NCBI GenBank assembly: GCA_021806565.1
Contig: JAJZXK010000001.1
Location: forward strand, 32,314-96,313
DNA length: 64,000 nucleotides
Origin: Bacillota bacterium
GTDB lineage: Bacteria > Bacillota > Sulfobacillia > RBS10-35 > JAJYVN01
Direction of reading: 5' to 3'
Shown in pieces: positions 10,433 through 21,719 of the stretch. The translations under genes were made by a program, and so were the position numbers. The notes beneath the pieces are model-generated. The model was not told where the DNA came from, did not search any database, and saw only the letters and a program-made list of their open reading frames with translations. Within the stretch, counting starts at the first letter, position 1; each line of letters opens with the position of its first letter.

Positions 10433-10503
10433 CGCCCTTTCACCGCGCGCGGCATGCGTAGCCCGGCGGCGATGATACAATAGCACGACTTGTCGCCCGC
10501 GGC

Positions 10504-11145
10504 GTGCGCGGGGCGGCTGGAGGAGCGGTTTGGGTGACAGACCTTCGCACCAAGTTCGAGGCCGTGCTGCGGCTCGGCCGGCATCTGCCGCAGAACCCGG
10601 ATATGGCCTTCCTGCTGGGCTTCCTCTCTGGAAACCTTAACCGGTTGCACTTTGTGCGGTCCCTTGAGGGTGCGCCCGTCGCCATCGCCGTGGCCGGTGG
10701 CCGGCGCTATCTCTGGCCCGGGGGTGCCTTTTCGGCCACGGTGCACTCGGTTCCGGTGCCGCTTCCCGGCCCCCTTGTCGGTGCGCTGGCGGAGAACGAT
10801 GAACCCATCTGCGTGCGCGTCAGCCTGGACGATCCGGTCGACGCCGCGTGGTTCGAACCGTTGCTGGTCGATTCGTACGAGACGGTGCGTACGGGGCTCA
10901 AGAGTGACAGTCTGTCGGATCGGGTGCGCGGGGTGCGACGCCGGATCGACCAGGCCCTGGACGTGTATCGGGAGTGCCGCCGCCTGCTGGACGAGGGTAA
11001 GGGCGAGGATGAGGCCCGCCTGAAGTTCTTTCTCGGTGTGGCTGAAACTGAGATCGAGGGTCTTGGCCACCAGTTGTCCGACCTCAACGGCCGTCTGCGC
11101 GAACGGGATGGCCGTTCGGTCGATGAGGGGCGGGAGGCGGATTGA
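10504..11145 (+). CDS. hypothetical protein
   Basis: 213-aa ORF with good GC3 bias and no recognisable motif. Divergent from nfo. Confidence 0.4.
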   Translation: MRGAAGGAVWVTDLRTKFEAVLRLGRHLPQNPDMAFLLGFLSGNLNRLHFVRSLEGAPVAIAVAGGRRYLWPGGAFSATVHSVPVPLPGPLVGALAENDEPICVRVSLDDPVDAAWFEPLLVDSYETVRTGLKSDSLSDRVRGVRRRIDQALDVYRECRRLLDEGKGEDEARLKFFLGVAETEIEGLGHQLSDLNGRLRERDGRSVDEGREAD

Positions 11146-11166
11146 TCGGCCGCCCGCGCCGCCGCG

Positions 11167-11673
11167 TCAACGCAGCCGCATCGCCTGCAGCAGCGTGGCG
11201 GTGAGCCCGGCGGCGATGAGCGGTCCGGTGGGCACGCCGCGCAGGAAGATCGTTCCGAGTACTGAGCCGACGATCATGCCGACCAGAGCCGCCGGGTAGT
11301 TGTGGAGGAAGTCGACCCCATTGCGCCCGAACCAGGCGGCCACGGCGGCGACCCCCAGGCCGATCCAACCGGACGGGCGCAGCAACTCTCCGGCGAAGGC
11401 GCGCATCGTCAGGCGGTCCCCGGCGAGCGGCGCCAGCAGCCCCGCGACCAGGAGCAGGATGCCGAGGCTGGTGCCCCGCTGATCCAGGAAGCGGATCGCC
11501 ACTTCGACCCGCCCGAGGCGCAGCAACAGCAGGACCGCCGCTGCGCCGGCGATCAGGGGATTGCGGCCGGCGATGCCCAGCGCCACGCAGATCAGCAACA
11601 AGATCAGGCCGTCGGCCAACGCCCCACCTCCATCTCTCGCCGTAAGGCCGTATGCCGCCTGGGCGCCGGCCAT
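11167..11673 (-). CDS. DUF441/UPF0756-like membrane protein
   Basis: Hydrophobic 168-aa product starting at the internal ATG (MAGAQAAYGL...). The longer upstream extension of the ORF looks non-coding. Confidence 0.5.
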   Translation of the reverse strand: MAGAQAAYGLTARDGGGALADGLILLLICVALGIAGRNPLIAGAAAVLLLLRLGRVEVAIRFLDQRGTSLGILLLVAGLLAPLAGDRLTMRAFAGELLRPSGWIGLGVAAVAAWFGRNGVDFLHNYPAALVGMIVGSVLGTIFLRGVPTGPLIAAGLTATLLQAMRLR

Positions 11674-11758
11674 GCCCGGCGAACCACTCCATGGAGGGCG
11701 GCATACCCTGCGCCCATGCGCGACCCGGCGTGCCGGGTGGTGAAGGGGTGGTTGGGGC

Positions 11759-12631
11759 ATGGCGGACGGGGATCGCCCGCGTGGGGATTCGGCGTGGGGG
11801 GATACCTGCCCATTTCCGATTTCGGGCCGCGTGGCGAAGCCTCGGACCCACGGATTGACGATGGTGATCGACAAGGGGCTCGGTCTGTCGGCCACGGCCG
11901 ACCTGTTCGAACTGGCGGGTCCGTGTATCGACCTGCTCAAGTTGGCGTTCGGAACTACGGCGTTCTATCCGACGCAGGTGCTGGAGCGCAAACTGCGTCT
12001 GGCCGAGGATGCGGGGGTGCTGGTGTATCCGGGCGGCACCTTCCTGGAGGTGGCCGTCGTCCAGGGCCGTGGCCGCGCCTTCATCGATCAGGCGGCCGCA
12101 CTCGGCTTCCGGGCGATCGAGATCTCCGACGGTACGATCCAGATGTCGACCCACACCCGCTATGCCCTGATGGATCTGGCCGCAAGCCACCACATGCGGG
12201 TGCTGACCGAGGTCGGCAAGAAACACCCGGCCGACCGCGTGCCGCGCAGCAATATCCGCGAACAGATCGGTGCCGACCTGCGGCACGGTGCGTGGAAGGT
12301 GATCGTCGAGGGCAGGGAGTCCGGTAAGGGCGTCGTCATCTACCATGATGATGGCAGCATCGACGAAGAGGAGATGGAAGAGATCGCGGCGTCCGTGGCG
12401 GACGGCACGCGTCTGATCTGGGAGGCGCCGCTCAAGAACCAACAGCAGGATTTGATCCTGCGTTTCGGCTGCAACGTCAACCTGGGCAACATCCATCCCG
12501 ACGAGGCGCTGTCGCTTGAGGCGTTGCGCGTCGGGCTGCGAGGCGACACCCTGAGGGCCGCGATTCTCTCCAACCGCATCCCTTCCGCCAATCACGTGGG
12601 CGAGTCGAGGGACGGCGAGCACGGGGAGTGA
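11759..12631 (+). CDS. phosphosulfolactate synthase (ComA/YitD family)
   Basis: RTHGLTMVIDKGLG...DLLKLAFGTTAFYP...EISDGT is characteristic of (2R)-phospho-3-sulfolactate synthase. Confidence 0.75.
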   Translation: MADGDRPRGDSAWGDTCPFPISGRVAKPRTHGLTMVIDKGLGLSATADLFELAGPCIDLLKLAFGTTAFYPTQVLERKLRLAEDAGVLVYPGGTFLEVAVVQGRGRAFIDQAAALGFRAIEISDGTIQMSTHTRYALMDLAASHHMRVLTEVGKKHPADRVPRSNIREQIGADLRHGAWKVIVEGRESGKGVVIYHDDGSIDEEEMEEIAASVADGTRLIWEAPLKNQQQDLILRFGCNVNLGNIHPDEALSLEALRVGLRGDTLRAAILSNRIPSANHVGESRDGEHGE

Positions 12632-13128
12632 CGGGGCACCAAAGGGCGGCCACCCGTCCACCCCCGGATCGACGGCGCCGCAGTTGCGGAGGTCCCCGGG
12701 TCCACCCACGCGGTGGGGCGGTACTGCGCGAACCCATCGCGCAGTACACGCCGCCCCTGCGCAGACCGCGGCTGAAGTCGACGGAGGCCGGCCGCCGGGC
12801 CGCAGCGCACCCTGATGCGATCAAGCGGCACCATCCGTTCGGATGCAGGGCTTGCGTACGCCGTGGCGAGGGCGGGGAAGGCGGGCCGCATCACGTGTGC
12901 GGCGCCGACGCGTCGTCCGGCATCTACCGCCTTCTCCGCCTTCTCGGCGGCCGGGCACGCCGCCCAGACACACCGGCCCGTAGCTGCATGCCCGTGCCCG
13001 GTCAGGGGGCGGCAGGTACGCTATGGCCCGACTCTGGTCGACCGTTCCGACCCGCGGAGGCGGACATATGGTGATCGCTTGCGGTCGCACGTGGGGATGG
13101 CTGGTGGGTTGGCCGGGACGCGGACGCC

Positions 13129-14088
13129 TCAGGCCATGCCGGGTGCCGGCCGCAGCGGCGGCCGGCCCGTCAGGACACGGACCACGTCCTCCGCCACCTG
13201 CAGGGACACACTCCGCTGGGCCTGGCGCGTCAGAGCCGCCAGATGCGGGGTGCGCAGCAGGTTGGGCACACCGTCCAACGGATCAGGCCGTAGCGGTGGT
13301 TCCGGGTCTCGCACGTCCAGCGCGGCGCCTGCCAGCCAACCCTCGCGCAATGCCATGGCCAAGGCCGGCTCGTCGATCAATCCACCCCGCGCCGTGTTGA
13401 TCAGCATGGCCTCCGGCCGGAGCAGCGCCAACTGCCGCTGCCCGATCAGGTGATGGCTGGCCGGGGTCAGGGTGGCGTGAAGGCTGATGGTGTCAGAGCT
13501 CCGCAGCAGGTCTGGCAGGTCCACCAACTCGGCGCCGACTTCACGCAGGTCGGCGTCGTCCTGGCGGCGACCCGGTTGGCTGACCAACAGCCGCATCCCG
13601 AGGGACCGGGCGCGGCGGGAAAGCGCGCGGCCGACCCGGCCGAAGCCGACGATGCCCAGGGTGTGTCCGCTCAGTTCCTGGCCGACATACGTGGTCCGCG
13701 CCTTCCAATCGGGTCCGGCGGCATCGGCCCAGGAGGGCTGCAGTCCGCGGGCCAGCGCCAGGATGAGCAGCAACGCGAACTCGGCCGTGGCCGCGGTATT
13801 GGCGTCCGGCGCGTGGACGACGGTCACGCCGGCCCGGCGCAGCGCCGGCAGGTCGAGGTTGTCCAAACCGCTGCCCAATCGCCCGACCACCCGCAGACGG
13901 GGCGCCGCGCAGAGGAGGTCGCTTCCCACCCGTACGCGGTTGCGCACCACGAGGCCGTCGATCTCGCGCGCCACGCGCAACCATCCGGGTGGTTGTGCGG
14001 CGAGGTCGGGACGGTATTGGACGGAGAGTGCGGCCTCCAAGACCCCAAGGCCGGCTTCGTCCATGAACTCAGTGACCAGTACCTGCAT
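13129..14088 (-). CDS. D-isomer-specific 2-hydroxyacid dehydrogenase (PGDH-like)
   Basis: GIVGFGRVGRALSRRARSLGMRL NAD-binding motif plus the catalytic region INTARGGLIDEPAL...DVRDPEP. Confidence 0.85.
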   Translation of the reverse strand: MQVLVTEFMDEAGLGVLEAALSVQYRPDLAAQPPGWLRVAREIDGLVVRNRVRVGSDLLCAAPRLRVVGRLGSGLDNLDLPALRRAGVTVVHAPDANTAATAEFALLLILALARGLQPSWADAAGPDWKARTTYVGQELSGHTLGIVGFGRVGRALSRRARSLGMRLLVSQPGRRQDDADLREVGAELVDLPDLLRSSDTISLHATLTPASHHLIGQRQLALLRPEAMLINTARGGLIDEPALAMALREGWLAGAALDVRDPEPPLRPDPLDGVPNLLRTPHLAALTRQAQRSVSLQVAEDVVRVLTGRPPLRPAPGMA

Positions 14089-14203
14089 GGCGGCCGGACC
14101 CTCCCGTCGGTCCGTGGGATCGGTGGTAGGCTATGCGCCGGGCGCGTGGCGGGGTCCGCGTCCGGCGGGCGCAGTGGTATGCTGATGCCTGCGGGCATGC
14201 AAT

Positions 14204-15655
14204 GTGGATCTGGGGGCGGCGGCCGTGTTCGTGCCGGACGAAGAAATGGCTCGCACTCTGGAGGGTTGGATCGGTCTGCTCGCGGCGGACGCGCTGGCCG
14301 ATCTCTGGCCTGGCTGGTCTGCGGCGACGCTGCCGGTGGCCATCGTGCCGCCCGGCAGCGACGGCGTCTTTTTGTTGCGCGGCCCGGCCGATGTGGGCCG
14401 TCCGGTAGCGGGCCGCAACGCGCGGCTCTGGCCGGATCTGGCGCGCGTCGAGGCACGTGAACTCGACCGCGTCGGGATCGAAGCCCCGGGGTCCGCCATC
14501 GGCGTGTTGCGCTGGCGCGGGCATCCGCCGTTGCCGCTCGCCAGTGGCGCGCCGTCTGGCGGTGCCGCCGCGCAACTTGTGGAGGCGTGGTTTTCCGGCT
14601 GGTGGGGCGCGGGGCGGGCGGCGGATGCACAAGCTCCGGCCGCCATCGGGCAGGAGACGGCGGAGGCAGCGGAGGCAGCGGCCCTGGCCACGGTGGAGGG
14701 CCGCCTCCTTGCGACCATCCTTCGTGAGCCGTGCGAGCCGCGGGCGGTTTGGCGCCGGGCCCTGCAGCTACTGCTGGTGCGGCGCGAGCGCCGGGCTGCC
14801 CTGGAGGAGGAAGCGATCGACCGCCAGCGTGCCCGGGAAATACGCGGCGGGCTGCCGGCGTATGTCGCGTTGCGCTGGGCTCAGGGGCGGGCTTCCGCGG
14901 TTGCGGCAGAGTTGGCCGCGGCGTTGGACGCGGTCCTGGCCGATCTGGGCTCCGCGCCTCCCGCCGGCAGGGACGCGAGCGTGGGGATGGCCCTGGCCCT
15001 CGTCCTGGACCGCATGGAGGCCACGTTCGCCGCCGCGGGTCCCTACCGGCGCGCCGGTGTGGACATCGAATGGCGTGAGCGGGTCCGCCGTGCCCCGCAA
15101 GCCGCCGCCCAAGGCCTCGACGCGGCCTTGGAGGCGGTCCTGCCCTTAGATGGCGGCTCGCGCGACGAGGCGGCCCTGCGCGTGGCTTTCGGGGAGCACG
15201 ATCACGCCGCCGCTGTGGAGGCCGCCCGCCGGCAGAGTGAGGCGGCGGCGGGCGCCCGTACCGCCTTGGTGGAACGGATTCTGCACGGCAGCGGGACGTT
15301 GATGGCGGTGGACGTGTCCGCCCTCGGCCCACCGGCCGTGCACAGCCCCGCCGGTGGGGCGCAGCCGGTGCACGCCCGGTTGTATGTCTACCCGGAGGGT
15401 GCCGATTTCCATTTTCCGGGGGGATGCCGCGTCACCTTCGGGCTGCCGGTGGCGTGTGATCTCGCGAGCGGCCTGCTGCAGGCCCGCGTCGCGGCCCGGC
15501 CCGTGTTTGCCGGGGATGACGGTCCCGTGTGGGAAGAGGGCGCGGCGGCGTTCAGCGAGGGGTTGGACCTGCGCCTGCCCGGCCTGCAACTGCTGGCGGT
15601 GGCGGGGACGATCCATCCGATCGACGGAGGTTTCCTCCTGCGCCTGTTGCGGTAG
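14204..15655 (+). CDS. hypothetical Ala-rich protein
   Basis: 483-aa ORF with consistent GC3 and no recognisable domain. Divergent from the dehydrogenase. Confidence 0.4.
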   Translation: MDLGAAAVFVPDEEMARTLEGWIGLLAADALADLWPGWSAATLPVAIVPPGSDGVFLLRGPADVGRPVAGRNARLWPDLARVEARELDRVGIEAPGSAIGVLRWRGHPPLPLASGAPSGGAAAQLVEAWFSGWWGAGRAADAQAPAAIGQETAEAAEAAALATVEGRLLATILREPCEPRAVWRRALQLLLVRRERRAALEEEAIDRQRAREIRGGLPAYVALRWAQGRASAVAAELAAALDAVLADLGSAPPAGRDASVGMALALVLDRMEATFAAAGPYRRAGVDIEWRERVRRAPQAAAQGLDAALEAVLPLDGGSRDEAALRVAFGEHDHAAAVEAARRQSEAAAGARTALVERILHGSGTLMAVDVSALGPPAVHSPAGGAQPVHARLYVYPEGADFHFPGGCRVTFGLPVACDLASGLLQARVAARPVFAGDDGPVWEEGAAAFSEGLDLRLPGLQLLAVAGTIHPIDGGFLLRLLR

Positions 15656-15714
15656 GCGCCCGGCAGGGATCGCGGCGCCGGTCCGGAAGTATCGATGCAA
15701 TTGGATAGGGGCGT

Positions 15715-15812
15715 ACGCTAGGGGTGTCCGCCGCGGGGTGGACTGAGAACGGGTCGTGGGACCTGTACCCTTGAACCTGATCTGGGTCACACCAGCGGAG
15801 GGAAGCGGCCGT
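15715..15812 (+). promoter_or_regulatory. TPP (THI-box) riboswitch upstream of thiC
   Basis: Core motif present: GGGGUG...CUGAGA...ACCCUUGAACCUGAUCUGGGUCACACCAGCGGAGGGAAG. It lies about 90 nt upstream of the thiC ATG. Confidence 0.85.
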
Positions 15813-15845
15813 GGGGTATGCAACGGTCTGGCACCAGGTGGGTGA

Positions 15846-17684
<1,839 letters not shown>

Positions 17685-17703
17685 CGGAGGAGGGGGTGTG
17701 CGC

Positions 17704-18873
17704 ATGCAGCCGGACCATTTCCTGGGCTATCGGCGACCCGCGGGTGATGTAGGGGTCCGCAACCATGTGCTCCTCCTGCCGACGATCACCTGTGCGAACC
17801 AGGTGGCGGCTTCGGCCGCCACCCTGGCGCGCGGCGCGGTGTTTGTGACGCACCAGCACGGCTGCGGGCAGACCGGTCGCGACTTGGAACAGACCATGCG
17901 CACCTTCATCGGCTATGGCAGCAACCCCAACGTATACGGGGTGGTCGTCTGCGGTCTGGGGTGCGAGGCGGCCTCGGCCCGCATCGTGGCCGAGGGCATC
18001 GCTCGCCGGGGGGGCAAGCCGGTTGAGTTGGTGCTGATCCAGGAGTCCGGTGGCACCCTGCGGGCCATCGAAGATGCGGCGCGGGCCGCCGCGTGGATGC
18101 TGCAGGACGCGTCCGAATTGGTGCGGGAGCAGGTGCCTGTGTCCGAGTTGGTGCTGGGGACCGAATGCGGCGGGTCGGACGCCTGCTCCGGTATCTCGGC
18201 CAATCCGGCGGTCGGTTCGGTCGCCGACCGGTTGGTCGACGCCGGGGGCACCGTGCTGTTGGCGGAGACGACCGAGTTGATCGGGGCCGAGCACCTCCTG
18301 GCTGAGCGGGCCGCACGGCCGGAGGTCGCGCAGCGGGTGTATGAGGTGATCGAGCGTTATGAGCGCGAGATCCTCGCCACCGGTTACGATATGCGCGGCG
18401 GCAATCCCTCGCCAGGCAACATGGCCGGCGGGCTGACGACAATCGAGGAGAAGTCGCTGGGGGCGGCCCACAAGGCCGGGACGCGCCCCCTGATGGACGT
18501 CATCCCCTACGCGACCCGTCCGAAGACGCGCGGCCTGGTCTGGATGGATACGCCCGGCCACGACATCGAGCAGTTGACCGGCATGGTGGCCGGCGGGGCG
18601 CAGGTGGTGCTGTTCACCACGGGGCGCGGCACGCCGACCGGCTGCTGCATCGCCCCCGTCCTCAAGATCGCCACCAACACCGCGACGTTCGAACGGCTGC
18701 GCGACAATACCGATGTGGATGCGGGGGCCATCGTCGCCGGGACCGCTTCGGTGGAGGAGGTCGGGGAGCGTTTGTATGGGGAGTTGGTGCGTACCTGCTC
18801 GGGCCGGCTGACCCGCGCGGAGGTTCTCGGGCACCAGGAGTTCGGCCTCTGGCGCATCGGACCGACGCTCTAA
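17704..18873 (+). CDS. UxaA-family (altronate/galactarate dehydratase-like) large subunit
   Basis: D-galactarate dehydratase/altronate hydrolase C-terminal domain. GGAGGAGGGGG RBS sits 19 nt after the thiC stop. Confidence 0.75.
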   Translation: MQPDHFLGYRRPAGDVGVRNHVLLLPTITCANQVAASAATLARGAVFVTHQHGCGQTGRDLEQTMRTFIGYGSNPNVYGVVVCGLGCEAASARIVAEGIARRGGKPVELVLIQESGGTLRAIEDAARAAAWMLQDASELVREQVPVSELVLGTECGGSDACSGISANPAVGSVADRLVDAGGTVLLAETTELIGAEHLLAERAARPEVAQRVYEVIERYEREILATGYDMRGGNPSPGNMAGGLTTIEEKSLGAAHKAGTRPLMDVIPYATRPKTRGLVWMDTPGHDIEQLTGMVAGGAQVVLFTTGRGTPTGCCIAPVLKIATNTATFERLRDNTDVDAGAIVAGTASVEEVGERLYGELVRTCSGRLTRAEVLGHQEFGLWRIGPTL

Positions 18874-18906
18874 TGGCTGGCACCGGGGGAGGCGGCGGCG
18901 GTGGCC

Positions 18907-19206
18907 ATGGCGTCCCTGCTCGTGCTGGACGCACGCGATAACGTGGCGGTCGCTCTGGAGTCGCTGGAAGCGGGTAGCCGCGCACGTGTCGCCGGCGGCG
19001 CGCTGGAGTTGCGGGATGCCGTGCCCATGGGCCACAAGGTGGCGCTGCGTGCGATCGCCGCCGGCGAGCAGGTCCTGAAGTATGGGGCGGTCATCGGGCG
19101 CGCCACAGTGGACATCGCTCAGGGTGCGCACGTCCACGTCCACAACCTCGAAGGCCTGCGCGGCCGGGGCGACCGACGCCCCGGGGCGTCGGGGCAGGAT
19201 GGCTGA
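18907..19206 (+). CDS. SAF-domain small subunit of a UxaA-like dehydratase
   Basis: ASLLVLDARDNVAVALESLEAG...VPMGHKVALRAIAAGEQVLKYG matches the SAF/UxaA N-terminal domain. Confidence 0.7.
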   Translation: MASLLVLDARDNVAVALESLEAGSRARVAGGALELRDAVPMGHKVALRAIAAGEQVLKYGAVIGRATVDIAQGAHVHVHNLEGLRGRGDRRPGASGQDG

Positions 19207-19876
19207 GGAGGTCGTTGGGGTGCGGATCGCGCGCATGCTGGACCTGAGTCAGGAGCTCTACCCGAACAGTCCGGGACTGCCCGACGTGCCGCCGCCATCC
19301 ATGGAGCTGTTGCGCAACGGCCCGCGCGACGGTTGGAACCTGGAGGTGTTGACCACCCCGCTGCATTGGGGGACGCACTTGGACGCCCCGGCGCACATGG
19401 CGGAGTTTTCACGCACCATGGACACCTATGCGGTGGAGGAACTCCAGGGGCCGGCCGTGGTCTGCGACCTGCGCGGTAAGGCCCCGCGGGCACCGATCAC
19501 AGTGGCAGATCTCGAGGGCGCGCAAGTGTCGGCCGGCAGCGTCGTCCTGCTGGTGACCGGCTGGGGGGCGTATCTGGGGTGGAGCCGCCGCTGGGTGCTT
19601 GAGTCGCCCTTCCTCGATCCGGCGGCCGCCAGGTGGCTCGCCGGGCGTGGCATCCGGGGTGTGGGCATCGACCACCTGAGCATCGGCGGTCTTGGGCCGG
19701 AGAACCCCGAGACGCACCGCGCCCTGCTCGGGGCCGATGTCTGGATCGCCGAGAACCTCTCCTATCCGGATGAGATCCTTGACGGCGGCCCCTGGCACGT
19801 CATCGCCCTACCTGTGCGGATCCGGGCGGCGAGCGGCGGTCCCGCCCGTGTCGTGGCGGTGCGTGGGGCGCCGTAG
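19199..19876 (+). CDS. cyclase family protein (kynurenine formamidase-like fold)
   Basis: HLDAPAH...VGIDHLSIG motifs. Its ATG overlaps the SAF gene stop. Confidence 0.7.
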   Translation: MAEEVVGVRIARMLDLSQELYPNSPGLPDVPPPSMELLRNGPRDGWNLEVLTTPLHWGTHLDAPAHMAEFSRTMDTYAVEELQGPAVVCDLRGKAPRAPITVADLEGAQVSAGSVVLLVTGWGAYLGWSRRWVLESPFLDPAAARWLAGRGIRGVGIDHLSIGGLGPENPETHRALLGADVWIAENLSYPDEILDGGPWHVIALPVRIRAASGGPARVVAVRGAP

Positions 19877-20009
19877 GCCGGGTCGTTGGGGCCGTGACGG
19901 CCCGCGTCCATGCCGGGGGCCCCGGGCGCCGGGCGTCGCTTGTGGTCGGGTGCGCGCCGTCGAGCCGGGTGCGCCAGCCACGGTATCCCTGAGCCGGGGG
20001 GCCTTGGTT

Positions 20010-21596
20010 TCAGTCGGCGGCAGCACCCGGCTTCGGCTCGCCGAGCGGTTCCGCCCGCAGACGGGCCGCCAGCGCCGTACGGCAGAGGGCGCGATCATCC
20101 AGGGGCACGCTGCCGCCAGGACCGGCTTGGCGCGTCTCGTGGCCGCGTCCGGCGACGAGCACCAGGTCGCCGGGGCGCGCGGCGAAGATGGCCTCCGCCA
20201 CGGCCGCGCGGCGGTCCAGCAGAGTGTGCCATCGCGCGCCCGCGCGGTGCAGTCCGACGGACACCGCGGCTGCGATGGCCGCGGGGTCTTCCGCATACGG
20301 GTCGTCGGTAGTCAGATAGACGTGATCGGCGTACCGCCCGGCGAGTTCCCCCATGCGGCTCCGCTTTTCACTGTCCCGGTCGCCGCCCTTGCAGCCGAAG
20401 ACCAGGCGTAGCTGGTTGCGGCACGCCCGGCGCGCCGTCTGCAGGGCGGCGGCGAGTCCGGCCGGGTTGTGCGCAAAGTCCACGACGACTTCGAAGTCCT
20501 GGCCCAGCATCACAGGTTCGAAGCGGCCGGGTATCGGGGGCAGGTGCTCCAGGGCGTGGGCGGCCATTTCCGGATGCACCCCGTTTCCGAGCGCGGCGGC
20601 GACGGCCGCCAGGGCGTTCTGGGCGTTGTGCGCTCCGGGGAGGCCCAGATGGAACTCCAGCCGGCCGAAGTCGCCCTCGGCCCGTATCACTGCGCCGCTG
20701 TTCACCGCCCGATAGTGGCCGCGCACGTCGGCCGGGGACTGGATGCCGAAGGTGACGAGGCGGCGGTGGCCGCGGGATTCCCGCGCCACCAGCCGGCCGG
20801 CGGCCGTGTCGGTGCAGACCACGGCCAGGGCGGGGTGCGTCTTGGATCCGCCGCGCGGTCGGAAGAGGCGGCGCTTGGCGGCGAAATAGGCCATGGCGTT
20901 GCCGTGGTAGTCGAGATGGTCGCGTGAGAGATTGGTGAAGACGGCGGTGTCCACCTCCAATCCCTCCAGCCGCTTCTGGGCCAGGGCGTGGGAACTGGCC
21001 TCCAGGGCGACGCCGTGCAGGCCGGCGGTGGCGATTTCCGCCAGCATGCCGTGGAGGGCCGGGGCATCCGGTGTCGTCAACGGCGAGGTGACCTCCCGCT
21101 GGCCCAGGCGGTAACAGACGGTGCCGATCAGTCCGACCGGCCGCTGGGCCACCGCAAAGATGGCCTGGAGCATGAAGGTGGTCGTGGTCTTGCCGTTGGT
21201 GCCGGTCACCGCCAGCACGAGCAGGCGCCGGTCGGGATACCCATGCAGCGTCCGGCTCAGCATGGCAAGGGCGGAGCGCACATCCGGCACCTCCACCTGG
21301 GGGACTCCGGCGAGTTGCGGTAGCGGGTGCGCCACGAGCAGGGCGGCGGCGCCGCGCGCGACGGCGGCTTCGGCCCAGGCGTGCCCGTCCTGACTGGTAC
21401 CGGGGACGCACGCGAACAGGGTCCCTGGCCGGACAAGGTCTGTGTGGCAGGCCAGACCCTGGATCGCGAGCGGTTGGATCGGACCGTGAATTCGGTACTG
21501 GGGCAACTGCGCCACGAGGTGGGCGAGCGGGATGCCGCTGGTTTCACGTTGCGGCGCGGCGACGGCTGCGGGAAGCGGGGCGAGCGGCGGTGTCAC
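20010..21596 (-). CDS. murE: Mur ligase, MurE-like (UDP-MurNAc-tripeptide synthetase paralog) with DDPY in place of DNPR
   Basis: MurE N-terminal domain plus GTNGKTTT P-loop. The diamino-acid selectivity motif reads TTDDPYAEDP. It lies outside any dcw cluster. Confidence 0.8.
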   Translation of the reverse strand: MTPPLAPLPAAVAAPQRETSGIPLAHLVAQLPQYRIHGPIQPLAIQGLACHTDLVRPGTLFACVPGTSQDGHAWAEAAVARGAAALLVAHPLPQLAGVPQVEVPDVRSALAMLSRTLHGYPDRRLLVLAVTGTNGKTTTTFMLQAIFAVAQRPVGLIGTVCYRLGQREVTSPLTTPDAPALHGMLAEIATAGLHGVALEASSHALAQKRLEGLEVDTAVFTNLSRDHLDYHGNAMAYFAAKRRLFRPRGGSKTHPALAVVCTDTAAGRLVARESRGHRRLVTFGIQSPADVRGHYRAVNSGAVIRAEGDFGRLEFHLGLPGAHNAQNALAAVAAALGNGVHPEMAAHALEHLPPIPGRFEPVMLGQDFEVVVDFAHNPAGLAAALQTARRACRNQLRLVFGCKGGDRDSEKRSRMGELAGRYADHVYLTTDDPYAEDPAAIAAAVSVGLHRAGARWHTLLDRRAAVAEAIFAARPGDLVLVAGRGHETRQAGPGGSVPLDDRALCRTALAARLRAEPLGEPKPGAAAD

Positions 21597-21719
21597 GCGG
21601 GATCAGCCCCTTTCACGCGGCGGCGGCGCCGTCGCGGCGGTGTCTGCTGGTCGGCGGCGGCATGCTATGTGGCGGTGCGTTTGTCCGGAGCCTGGACGAA
21701 TGCCGAAAGGGGTGGCGCG

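Noticed and set aside
10433-10503. Possible preQ1 riboswitch ahead of the nfo-queDEC cluster
   Set aside because: No preQ1-I/II consensus can be found. Only a GAAAGGG RBS and weak promoter-like hexamers.
13824-15332. 502-aa minus-strand ORF antisense to the 14204..15655 gene
   Set aside because: Pro/Arg-rich, wrong GC3 pattern, and overlaps the dehydrogenase 5' end. GC artefact.
21327-21719. Upstream extension of the F420-reductase-like ORF
   Set aside because: The homologous start (MRVAVTGGTG) is at 21720. The extension lies in the murE divergent promoter region.
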